A DNA stretch of 64,000 nt from contig NC_090375.1 of the NCBI RefSeq assembly GCF_036365525.1, positions 136,250,982 to 136,314,981 of the forward strand. Direction: 5' to 3'. The notes under the pieces are model-generated. The model saw nothing but the letters and a program-made list of their open reading frames with translations. It did no database searches and had not been told where the DNA came from. This document shows, piece by piece, positions 12,700 through 23,969 of this stretch. The number at the start of each line of letters is the position of its first letter. Position 1 is the stretch's first letter. Origin of the DNA: Heterodontus francisci. Its lineage: Eukaryota. Made by a program: the position numbers and the translations under genes.

Positions 12700-14075
12700 C
12701 ACTCCTCCCATAAAGCAAAATCCCAATCACCTAGGTCCCGGGAAACTGACCCAGGTTTGGGAGGAAATTCAGTACATGCTGGAGCACAAGCTGATATAGC
12801 CCAGCAGAGCAGCTGGAGTTCCCCAGCTGTGCTCTTGTCCAAGCCCGATGGCTCAACAAGGTTCTGCATTGACTACAGGAAGGTTAATGCCGTGACCAGA
12901 GCTGACTCCTACCCAATTCCCTGCCTAAAAGACTATATCAATAGAGTAGGAAATACAACCTATATAACCAAAATAGACTTGTTAAAAGGATACTGGCAGG
13001 TTCCCTTAACCACTCAAGCTAAAGAGATCTCAGCTTTTGTCACCCAAGATGGTATATTCCAGTGCCGTATGATGTCATTTGGATTAAGAAAAATGCCCCA
13101 GCTATCTTCCAAAGGCTGATGAACCAGGTAGTGATTGGCCTACCCAACTGTATAGTGTACCTGGATGATCTGTTAGTGTAAAGTGACACTCCCCCCAGGT
13201 GTCACTGTACACTAACAGATCATCCAGGTACACTATACAGCTGGGTAGACCAGTCACTACCTGGTTCATCAGCCTTTGGAAAATAGCTAGGGCATTTTTC
13301 TTAATCCAAATGACATGTTAGACACCCTCTTCCGACATGCTGGTAAATCTTGCAAAGAGCGAATTCGCTAAAGCCCAGGTAAGCTACCTAGGACGAGTTG
13401 TGGGTTAAGCTGTTGGTGGGGGCAGGGAGGTGGTGGGGGAGGTGCTGTCCAGGGCAGCAAAGGGACAGGTATTGATGGATTTTCCTGCTTCCCATGACCA
13501 AAGGGGAAATAATACAATTTTTGGGGATGTGTGGGTTTTACCACAAGTTTGTCCCAAACTTCACCATAGCCACCCCACTGACAGACTTGTTACAGAAAAG
13601 AGAGAAGGTAGTGTGGTCAGGGAGGTGCCAAACAGCTTTTAAGAGGCTAAAAGCTATCGTAACCAACGAACCGGTGCTGGCAGCTCCAAACTTTAACAAA
13701 CCATTGAAAATGGCAGTTGATGCTAGTGACGTAGGGGTAGGTGCTAGGCTGCTCCAAGATGATGAGTCGGGCATTGAGAGAATCGTTGGATGGTTCTCCA
13801 AAAAATTAAACAAACATCAAAAGAGATTCTGTACTGTGGAGAAAGAAACTTTGGGACTGTTACTGGCTCTCAAGCACTTTGAACTATATGTCTGAAATGG
13901 ATGTAGAGAGACTGTAGCTTATACTGACCACAATCCTTTGACATTTGTGCAGAAATTCCAAGACTAGAATGCAAGGCTATTTCGGTGGAGCTTGCTTTTG
14001 CAACCTTACCACCTAAAGATTGCTCACATTGCAAGGAAAAACAATGTGATAGCTGATGCTTTATTCAGAGTCTAA
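12700..14075 (+). pseudogene. Gypsy reverse transcriptase and RNase H, disrupted
   Basis: SSWSSPAVLLSKPDGSTRFCIDYRKVN, IDLLKGYWQVPL, VYLDDLLV, FLGMCGFY, AVDASDVGVGA, EKETLGLLLALKHF, YTDHNPL and NVIADAL. Confidence 0.92.
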
Positions 14076-14702
14076 CTCAGCACAGAATCATACGAACATT
14101 TGAACATACGAATTAGAACAAGAGCAGGCCACTCGGCCCTTCTAGCCTGTTCACCATTCAATAAGTTCATGGCTGAACTGATTACTCCACATTTCCACCT
14201 ACCCCTGATAACCTTCTGCCCCGTTGCTTATCAAGAATCTAACTACCTCGGCCTTAAACATATTCAAAGACTCTGCTTCCACCGCCTTTTGAGGAAGAGA
14301 ATTGCAAAGACTCACGACCCTCTGAGAGAAAAAAGTTCTCCTCATCTCTGTCTTAAATGGGTGACCCCTTATTTTTAAACAGTGACCCCTAGTTCTAGAT
14401 TCTCCCTCAAGAGGAAACATCCTTTTCACATCCACCCTGTCAACACCCTTCAGAATCTTATATGCTTCAATAAAATCGCCTCTTACTCTTCTAAATTCCA
14501 GTGGCTACAAGCCTAGCCTGTCCAATCTTTTCTCGTAAGACAGCCTGCCCATTCCAGGTATTAGTCTAGTAAACCTACTCTGTACTGTCTCCAACGCATT
14601 TACATCCTTCCTTAAACAAGGAGACCAGTCCTGTACGTAGTACTCCAGATGTGGTCTCACCAATGCCCTGTATAGCTGAAGCATAGCGTCCCTACGTTTG
14701 TA

Positions 14703-14928
14703 AAAGCAAAATACTGCGGATGCTGGAAATCTGAAACAAAAACAAGAAATGCTGGATTCACTCAGCAGGTCTGGCAGCATCTGTAGAAAGAGAAGCAGAG
14801 TTAACGTTTCGGGTCAGTGACCCTTCTTCGGAACCCGAAGAAGGGTCACTGACCCGAAACGTTAACTCTGCTTCTCTTTCTACAGATGCTGCCAGACCTG
14901 CTGAGTGAATCCAGCATTTCTTGTTTTT
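14703..14928. mobile_element. Palindromic non-coding Penelope-like terminal-repeat insertion
   Basis: 96-bp inverted arms 14736-14831 and 14835-14930 with loop AAC. TSD GTCCCTACGTTTGTA at 14688-14702 and 14929-14943. Confidence 0.9.
14800..14834 (-). ncRNA. Minimal hammerhead ribozyme motif (PLE-type)
   Basis: The minus strand reads GTT-CCGAAGA-AGGGTCACTGACCC-GAAAC-GTT-AAC: core C(C)GANGA, stem II GGGTC/GACCC, GAAA, loopless ACGT stem III. Confidence 0.7.
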
Positions 14929-17900
14929 GTCCCTACGTTTGTATTCAATTCCCCTCGCGATAAGCAAAAACATTCTATTAGCTTTCCTAATTACGTGCTG
15001 TACCTGCATACTAACCTTTAGTGATTCATGCACTAGGACACCCAGATCCCTCTGCATCTCAGAACTCTGCAATCTCTCACCATTTAGATAATATGCTTCT
15101 TTTTTATTCTTCTAGCCAAAGTGGATAATTTCCCACTTTCCCACATTATACTGCATTTGCTAGGTCTTTGCCCACTCACTTAACCTACCTATATACCTTT
15201 GTAGCCTCCTTATGTCCTCATCACAAGTTATTTTCCTATCTATCTTTGTGTCATCTGCAATTTTAGCAATCATACCTTCTGTCCCTTCATCTAAGTCATT
15301 TATATAAATTGTAAAAAGTTGAGGCCCCAGCACAGATCCCTGTGGCACACATTACAGCTTGCCAACCAGAAAATAATCCATTTATGCCTACTCTCTGTTT
15401 CTTGTTAGCTAGCCAATCTTCTATCCATGCCAATATGTTACCGCCTACATCATGAGCTTTTATTTTCTGCAATAACCTTTGATGTGGCACCTTATCAAAT
15501 GCCTTCTGGAAATCTAAGTTCAGTACTGGTTCCCCTTTATCCACAGCACATGTAACTCCCTCAAAGAACTCCAATAAATTGGTTAAACATGATTTCCCTT
15601 TCACAAAACCACGTTGACGCTGCCTGATTACCTTGAACTTTTCTAAATGCCCTGTTATAATGTCTTTCATAATAGCTTCTAACATCTTCCCTAAGACAGA
15701 TGTTAAGCTAACTGGCCTGTAGTTTCTTGCTTTCTGTCCCCCTCCCTTTTTGAATAAAGGAGTTACATTCGCTATTTTCCAATCTAACAGAACCTTCCCC
15801 AAATCTAGGGAATGTTGGAGAATTAAAGCTAACGCATCAACTATCTCACTAACCACTTCTTTTAAAACCCTAGGATGAAGTCCATCAGGACCTGGGGTCA
15901 GCCTGCAGCTCCCACAATTTGTTCAGTATCACTTCTCTGGTGATTATAATTTTCTTGAGTTCCTCCCTCCCTTCCATTTCCTGACTTACAGCTAATACTG
16001 GAATGCTACTTGTATCCTCAGTAGTGAAGACCGAAGCAAAATACCTGTTCAATTCATTTGCCAACTCCTTATTATCCATTATTAATTCCCCAGACTCACT
16101 TTCTATAGGACCAACGCTCATTTTGTGAACTTTTCTTTTTTAAATACCTATAGAATCTATATAGCTTTCTCTCGTATTCTAATTTTTACCTTCCTTATCA
16201 ATCTTTTAGTCATTTGTTGCTGTTTTTTTTATATTCTGTCCAATCTTCTGACCTGCCTCCCATCTTTGTGCAATTATAGGCTTTTTCTTTAAGTTTGATA
16301 TTATCTTTAACTGTTTTAGTTAACCACGGATATCGGGTCCCACCCTTGGCATTTTTCTTTCTCATTGAATAGTATCTATTCTGTGTATTCTGAAATATCC
16401 ACTTAAATGTCTGCACTGCATCTCTGTTGACCTATCCCTTAAGCTGATTTGCCAGTTCACTTTAGCCAGCTCTGCTTTCATGCCCTCATAATTGCTCTTA
16501 TTTAAGTTTAAAATACTTGTCTTGGAACAACTCTTCTCTCCCTCAAACTGAATGTAAAATTCAATCATACTATGATTTCTGGGGCACCTTAACTATGAGG
16601 TCATTAATTAATCCTTACTTTTTGCACAATACCAGGTCTAGTATAGCCTGCTCTCAGGTTGGCTCCATAATGTATTGTTCCAAGAAATTATCCCAAAAAC
16701 ATTCTATGTACTCCTCATCAAAGTCTCTCTGATTTTTCCAGTCTATATGTGGGTTAAAATCCCCTATAATTATTTCTGTATCTTTCTGACAAGCTGCTAT
16801 TATTTGTTCCTTTATACCCCATCCTACAGTGTGGTTAATGTAAGGTGGCCAGTACACCACTCCCACAAGTGCCTTTATGATTTCTCATCTCTACCCAAAC
16901 TGCTTCTACATCCTGGTCTTCTGAATTTAGGTCATCCCGATCTATGGCGCTAATACCATCATTAATTAACAGAGCTACCCCTCCACATTTTCCTAGCTTC
17001 CTGTCCTTCCTAAATGCCATGTACCCTTCAATATTCAGGTCCCAATCTATGTCATCCTGCAGCCATGTCTCTGTAATAGCTATCAGATTGTACTTATTTA
17101 TTTCTATTTGCGCACTCATTTCATCTGTTTTGTTTTGAATGCTACGTGCATTCAGATACAAAGCCTTTAGTTTTGTCCTTTTATTATTTTTGTAACCTCT
17201 AGCCTTATCTGTTGATTTACTCTTGGATTTGTACTCTCTGTCCCTTCCTGTCACAGTCTGTTTATCATTTCCCATATCAATACCTTTCTCTCTTGCCTTG
17301 TCTGTACTCCTTGATCTACCACATCTTCCCAAATTTGATCCCTTGCCCCCACTATTTAGTTTAAAACCCTCTCTACTTCCGTAGTTATGCGGCTTGCTAG
17401 AACAGCAGCCTCAACACGGTTCAGGTGTAGACCATCCCAATGGTACAGCTCCTACTTTGCCCAGTTCTGGTGCCAGTGCCCCACGAACCGGACCCCACTT
17501 CTACCACACCAGTCTTTGAGCCACGCATTAATTTCTCTAATCTTATTTGCCCTATGTCAATTTGCCTGTGGCTCAGGTAATACTCCAGAGATTATTACCT
17601 TTGAGGTTCTGCTTCTTCATTTGGCACCTAGTTCCTCATACTGACTATGCAGAGCCTCTTTCCTTGTCCTGCCTATGCCATTGGCACCTACATGGACCAC
17701 GACGACTGGCTCCTCCCCCTCCCACTGTAAGTTTCTCTCCAGCCCTGAGCAGATGTCCCGAACCCTGGCACCGGGCAGGCAACCCAGCTGTCTGGACTCT
17801 CGCTCTTTGCTGCAGAGAACAGTGTTAATCCCCCAACTATACTGTCCCCTACTACCACTACATTCCTTTTTTCTCCCTCCACTTGAATGGATTCCTGTAC

Positions 17901-18396
17901 CATGGTGCCATGGTCAAGTTGTTCATCCACCTGCAGCCCCAACTCTCATCCAAACAAGCTGAAAGAACCTCAAACCTGTTGGACAATGGCAAAGGCTGAG
18001 GCTCCTGCAGTCCTGCCCTCTGGATCCCCTTTCCTGCCTCAGCTGCAGCCATACTCTCTTTATCCCTGATCTCTGACCAAATCAAAAGACCCTATCCTAA
18101 GGTATGACTGCCTCCTGGTACAAAATGTCCAGGTAATTTTCCCCCTCCCTGATGTGTCGCAGTGTCTGCAGCTTGGACTCCAGTTCAAGGACTCTGAGCC
18201 GAAACTCTTCGAGCCGCAAACACTTACTGCAGACTTGTTCATCCTGTATGAAAACTAAACCAGAGCATGGCTATGGCAGCGTGAGATTGTTAAGTGAGTG
18301 TATGAGGATGAATGTCTGTGTACAGTTTTTTCTTATTTTTACAAATTTATAATGAAATGCTCCTGTCATCGCATTTTATTTCACGTGATGTGGAGG

Positions 18397-19429
18397 TGTC
18401 ACAAAAACGTGTTCAGTCCAGGGAAGGTTTTTTTAATCTAATATAAAAGCAAAATACTGCAGATGCTGGAAATCTGAAATAAAAACAAGAAATGCTGGAA
18501 ATACTCAGCAGGTCTGGCAGTGGAGACAGAAGCAGAGTTAATGTTTCAGGTCAGTGACCCTTCTTCAGAACTGACAAATATTAGAAATGTAAAAGATTTT
18601 AAGCAAGTAAAGTGGGGGGTGGGGCAAGAGATAACAAAAGAGAAGGTGTTGATAGGACAAGGTCACAGAGAATAACTGACCAGAAGATCATGGAACAAAA
18701 GCAAACAGTATGTTAATGGTGTGCTGAAAGACAAAGCGTTAGTACAGAGCGGTAAAGTGCAAAGCACCCCAAGTACAAACATTTAAAAAAATGTAAAAAA
18801 CAGAAACAGTGGGTAGGTACAGTAGAAACAAACCAAACACACTAAAAAAAACTAAAATAAAATAACCAAATAAAAAAGAAAAAAATAATTTCTTTAATCC
18901 TCTGGCTGGAAACTTGAATATTAAACTGGTGCAAGCTTTGACCTCTGTCTGCTGTTTGTGATTACTTAGTTCAGCCTGACAGGGGAGCTATTGTGGAAGG
19001 GAACTTTCCGGAAAGAACAGACAGAAAAACTCCATCAGCTGCACAGTTTAGAGAGAACTTTACAGAAAGAACACACACAAGTCTCAGGACCACTGAATTT
19101 AGCCTGAAGCCAATTGAATTACCAACTTCCACAGACTGTGTATCCCTTTTATTTCTCTGGACTCTAATTTGACCAATCTATCCTTCCCAAATCTGTAACG
19201 TGTGTGTGTGTGTAAGTTAGAGCGTATATTATTTTTCTTAGATACGTTTAAGTACCATAAAGTTAACCTCTTGTCTGATTGGCTCTTTTTATGATCACGC
19301 CACCTAACCAAGTTCAACACTCACTCAATTGGCAATTATATCCACTAAAAAATAAATAAATCTGTTGTGGTCAAACAAGGAGAGGGAAAAGAGGGGAGCC
19401 TTTTGATCCCTCCTCACCTGTTCATAATA
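18397..19429 (+). repeat. 3' LTR of the Gmr1-type element, interrupted by a Penelope piece
   Basis: Starts TGTCACAAAA after a purine-rich GGAGG and ends CTCACCTGTTCATAATA; homologous to 8001-8788. Confidence 0.8.
18443..18890 (-). mobile_element. Penelope-like terminal-repeat fragment with hammerhead motif
   Basis: Same repeat family as 14703 and 28740. At 18536-18572 the minus strand reads AGTT-CTGAAGA-AGGGTCACTGACCT-GAAAC-ATT-AACT. Confidence 0.85.
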
Positions 19430-21529
19430 TTGGATCCAAGTAAGCTGGAGGACATGCACTCCACATGAAAGGGAGGATCGATACTGTTGTCTGGGATTGT
19501 TTAACTTCCTTGCACCATACATTCCAAACTTTGCTCAGAAGGCATCGTGGCTCAGGGAGCTATTGAGGTAGGAAGTTCCATTCATATGGCATGTGGACCA
19601 TCAGCACATGGCTAAAAATTTTGCTGTCAGTGGATATGTCCTCACTCCAGTCCTCACCCAAGGAAAGAAACCACCTTGGAGATAAATGCATCACAGAAGG
19701 GGTTCAGAGCTTGCATTCTGCAGGATGGAAAACCCATTGTGTTTAGATTGAAGAGCTTATCTCCAGCGCAAAGAACTACTCAAATATAGAGTGGGAGATA
19801 CTAGCTCTAGTATTTGGCATAGCATGATTTCATACATATCTGTTTGGCATGAGATTCATTGTGGAAACAGACTACAAACCCCTTGAAATTATATGGCAAA
19901 AATCATTGGCAAGCGCACTGCCTTCTTTGGAATGATTGTTGATCATAATTAAAGGATGCAATTGCAATGTTCGTTACAATAACTTGATGGTTATTTCAGA
20001 CACCTTGAACAAGTTGCCGAATCCAATGAAGAATGCAAATGTTTCATTAGATCTGCAAGTTGATTCACTAGATAAAGAAGTTGAAAATGAGTTACAAGTT
20101 GATTTGATGAAGTTTGGGCCACACAAATATCAACAATTGCAAGAAGAGACATCAAACGACCCAATATTCCAGGCACTATGGAAAACCTGATGCACTACAG
20201 GAAGTCCAGGAAACCTTAAGACCATTTTGGATCTACCAAGATGAATTAGGAATATCCAGAGGCATAATATTCAAGGATAGACAGGTTCTAATATCTGAGT
20301 CACTCTGACCAGACATTCTAATGCAATTGCACCAGGCTCAGATGGGCATTGAAACCATATACTGGCCAGGGATCCGCAGTGATATAGAGAAGACCGTGAG
20401 AATTTGTGAGGCATGTCAGGTACACCAGTCAAGCCAGCAGCAAGAGCAATGACATGTCATGAGATTCCATCACACCCATGGACCAGAACTGCTACAGACC
20501 TATTTAGTGTTTGTGTGATGCTTTTCTACCAGTGTCAGACTATTTTTCCAAGTTTTCGATAATTCGATAACAACGTGATATGTCGAGTGCAGTCATTGCC
20601 AATACACTGAGTTCCATATTTAGTTTGTTTCGGACACCACAAGAAATTGTCTCAGACAATGATCCTCAGTACAAGGGCAAGCCTTTTCAAGTCATGTGCG
20701 AAGTGGGGCACTGTTCACATTACGTCGTCACCACATTATCCTCAATTAAACGGCCTAGTGGAGCGAATAGGTCATACTGCTAAGTCTTTGATTATTAAAT
20801 TCCAGAAAACGAAGCAGCATTTCCAGGTCGCAATGCTACATTTAAGGGCAACACCATTGAGCGCAACTTTATCCTCACCTGCTGAGCTCATGTTTGGGAG
20901 TCAAGTTCGAATAACTATTCCAAGCCACCACCAATCCAAGTTTACAGTTGTATGAGATGAGTTACTGGAAAAACAGGGGAGGATGAAAGATATGCATGAC
21001 CGGCATACGAGTAAAGAATTGCCAAGTTTGAACATAGGACAGAAAGTTCAGGTTATACATCCAACAGAGAGAACCTGGTTTCCAGTTAAAATGGCTCATA
21101 TTTGTTGAGAGCTGCAATCGTATGGAATGGTAATACCAAGTGGAGTGACGTTATGCAGAAATCGATGTCAATTCAGGAAGATGTCCAATTATGCAACACC
21201 CTGCAATCCTATCACAAATAGAACATGCTCAAAGATGAGTCATGAACATGGCTCTGTGCAAGATTATGGTGAAGGCAACAAATGCGATGTCGTTGTACAA
21301 GAAAGCAACACACCTACGAATCAAGACCACTGTGACAACAGTCAGTGATCTCAAAGTTTCACTGTGACCAGATCAGGTCATATTCGTAAACCACCTTTAC
21401 TCTTCAGAGACTCATAAACTCATAAAGTTGTGAACCCACAAGGCATGTAAGTTTTACTGTAATGTAAATAGTGTTATGACATCCTTGTTATTATCTGTTT
21501 ATTTATTTAAAGTATGTAATCTCAACTTT

Positions 21530-21543
21530 AGAAAAAAGGGAGA
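21530..21543 (+). promoter_or_regulatory. Polypurine tract
   Basis: AGAAAAAAGGGAGA immediately upstream of the TGTTG LTR start. Confidence 0.85.
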
Positions 21544-21785
21544 TGTTGCGGTATGTCTTCAAGTGGGTATGTCCATAATCTGTATACATCATCAACAGGA
21601 TATGATGCCATCTGTCACATCACACAGTAGTTGGAATGTGTTAGTTGACCAAGCAAGACATACTAGTAAGAGCTCGCCAGCAACATGTAATCTTTAATCT
21701 TCAAATAAAGAACTCACAGTCTAGTTTACCTGCCTAATTGAGTGATTGGCGAGTCAGTGTTTGAAGGATAGAAGAAAACACAACA
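21544..21785 (+). repeat. 3' LTR of the outer Gypsy element (242 bp)
   Basis: TGTTG...CAACA inverted termini, AATAAA at about 21704, directly after the PPT. Confidence 0.8.
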
Positions 21786-21936
21786 TTTCTGTGGTCAGTA
21801 GAAACCTACAAATATCTCGAGCAACTTACCACAGTGTTTCCACTAACTTTGCCTGAGCACGAGTAAATGAAAAACACCTCAGCTGCAACTTGTTGAGTAG
21901 CCCTTGAACTTGCTTGTTAACGCTTGTGGTTTCAGG

Positions 21937-22274
21937 AGTGGCGCAGTGGTTAGCACCGCAGCCTCACAGCTCCAGCGACCAGGGTTCAATTCTGGGTACT
22001 GCCTGTGTGGAGTTTGCAAGTTCTCCCTGTGTCTGCGTGGGTTTCCTCTGGGTGCTCCGGTTACCTCCCACATGCCAAAGACTTGCAGGTTGATAGGTAA
22101 ATTGGCCATTAGCAATTGCCCTAGTATAGGTAGGTGGGAGGGAAATATAGGGACAGGTGGGGATGTGGTAGGAATATGGAATTAGTGTAGGATTAGTATA
22201 AATGGGTGGTTGATGGTCGGCACAGACTCGGTGGGCCGAAGGGCCTGTTTCAGTGCTGTATAACTAAACTAAAC
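21937..22274 (+). mobile_element. tRNA-derived V-SINE (HE1-like)
   Basis: A box TGGCGCAGTGG, B box GGTTCAATTC, V domain GTGTGGAGTTTGCAAGTTCTCCCTGTGTCTGCGTGGGTTTCC, CR1-like 3' end GGGCCGAAGGGCCTGTTTCAGTGCTGTA and a (CTAAA)n tail. Confidence 0.92.
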
Positions 22275-22829
22275 ATGTTGCCTGCACATTTGTTGGCCAA
22301 TTTTAGTATTTATGCATTGAATCAACCCATCATGATCTCAGGCCTTCAACCTCTTTGGGTGTATGCAGGGGACATACCTATGTACACCACTCTCGTTGCC
22401 TGATGTCACGTTTTCCACGTGGGAAGCGGCCAGCGATCCTGCTGCACTACTAAGATGGAGGTATATCTGCGCTATGTAATTGAATTTCATGCCCATAGGC
22501 TTGATAGATTGAATAGGTTTTTTTTTCAATCTTCATTATATGCTTTTGTATTTAATATTGTTTTCACCCTCACTGACTGGCAGATTTTTATTTTGTACAT
22601 TAGGCTTGGCAGAGCCCTTTTTAATGTGTATTCACTTCAAGCCTTTGTCCCTTTGATATCCTTTTCCAGCCTCCAAAAAGAAGAATATGAAATGCTTTAT
22701 CTAACATTACAATCTAAATACTTGAAGAGAAGCACTTAACAGTTGCTGTTATGTCCTTCATGATCTGGTAGCTTCCACTTGTATTCTTTATTTATAAATA
22801 TGCAACAATTCTCCCAATGGCTATTTAGG

Positions 22830-23050
22830 TGGATGCAAAAGATGCCATGGTTCTATTCAAAGAAGATTAAGAGAGTTCTCTTGGTCTTGTGACCAACATA
22901 TATTCTTCACATCACTAAAGCAGATTATCTGGTCATTTATATGATATCTGTTTGTGTAGCCTTGCTATGCACAAATTGTCTGCTGCATTTTCATTAGCTG
23001 TGGAATGCTTTGAAATGCCATAATAAGGTATTTTATTGCTTCCAAGAGGG
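22830..23050 (+). mobile_element. Degraded Deu-domain SINE fragment
   Basis: AAAGATGCCATGG...AGAAGA...CAGATTATCTGGTCATT...TTGCTATGCACAAATTG, similar to the split SINE at 57878 and 63765. Confidence 0.65.
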
Positions 23051-23969
23051 TCCTCTTGTATTTCAATATCTCATTTACCAGCCTTACAGTTCCTGCTTGA
23101 GAATATGTGTTCACTATTAGGTTCTCATTTCTACCATCGTTCACACATATATTGCCTTCCCAACTTCTACGTTGACAATTCAATACATCATCATCAAGTT
23201 CTTAAAATGATCAAACTGATTAATTTCAGATTGCTTCTTACTAAATTACAGAAACTTCTACTACCAATTTTGCCATAAAACCAGAAATGTTGATTGGATC
23301 TTAGTGCAAAGGTGACAACTCACTGCATTTATCAAGTTGACAAAAGCTGAAAATCTAATACTACCCCTATTACCTTTGGAGGTAAATACCAATATATTGC
23401 ATTTAAATACCAGTTGGTGCCACTATTGCTCTATGTATGTATCAGCAGAAATGTCAGAATAAAGAGAACAGACATTAAAGCTGTTATATAAAACTAGTTA
23501 ACACATAAATGAGATAACATAACTCATTGTTTTCCTTCCAGTACCTACAAGGAGCAATAAAGTGGGGAGATATGACATGTCTGTATTTAAGTGGGCAGGG
23601 ATGTGCATGTATGAGAGAGAGGCAATAGGATTAGATATACCCTTATTATGAACATGCATTTTCAGGCACAGAGGAATGCTGGTTTGCTTGTTTTGAACCT
23701 TCATTAGTTTTAGCATTATTAGAGTAGTTTTTTTCAGTTAATTTTGGAGTCAGCTTTGGTTTTAAATATCATTTTTCTTTCTTCGATCCCAACAGTTAAG
23801 AAGAATAATACAGCAAATAAAACAGAAGAACAGTGATATTGACAATTTATTTAAAGGAATATTTCCATTATGATTTTAATAGTTAACTGTTTAGAATACC
23901 AAACTATAGGGTAACTCTACCCATTGTATGTGTTCTTTGATTACATGGCATTGTATTATTACTTTGCTA

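Larger units (their letters stand above)
14089..18240 (-). mobile_element. Near full-length CR1 LINE (ORF1 with SGNH esterase, ORF2 with APE endonuclease and RT), decayed
   Basis: Minus strand: CSKCLRLEEFRLRVLELE (ORF1 N-terminus), VVVGDSIV (esterase), LKALYLNARSIQNK...IAITETWL (EN), NYRPVSLTS, DFQKAFDKVPH, PQGSVLGPQLF, IADDTK; tail at 14089-14115. Confidence 0.93.
8001..19429 (+). mobile_element. Gmr1-clade Gypsy LTR retrotransposon (gag, integrase, RT, RNase H order), decayed, inserted into the outer Gypsy RT
   Basis: Two homologous LTRs, a PBS-like site, gag at about 8920-9850, integrase at about 11290-12420, RT at about 12700-13420 and RNase H at about 13690-14075. The host reading W-P-D-P-S-K is restored across the insertion; flanks CCGG/TTGG are a putative decayed 4-bp TSD. 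Confidence 0.85.
19430..21785 (+). mobile_element. Outer Gypsy LTR retrotransposon, 3' part (end of RT, RNase H, integrase, PPT, 3' LTR)
   Basis: LGLFNFLAPYIPNFA, CILQDGKPI, YSNIEWEILAL, VETDYKPLE, LHQAQMGI, YWPGI, CEACQ, PQEIVSDNDPQY and SSPHYPQLNGLVER, with stops and frameshifts. Confidence 0.9.

Noticed and set aside
21937-22000. tRNA gene-like sequence (also at 32522, 53674, 54106)
   Set aside because: These are SINE heads continuing into the V domain and LINE-like tail, not tRNA genes.
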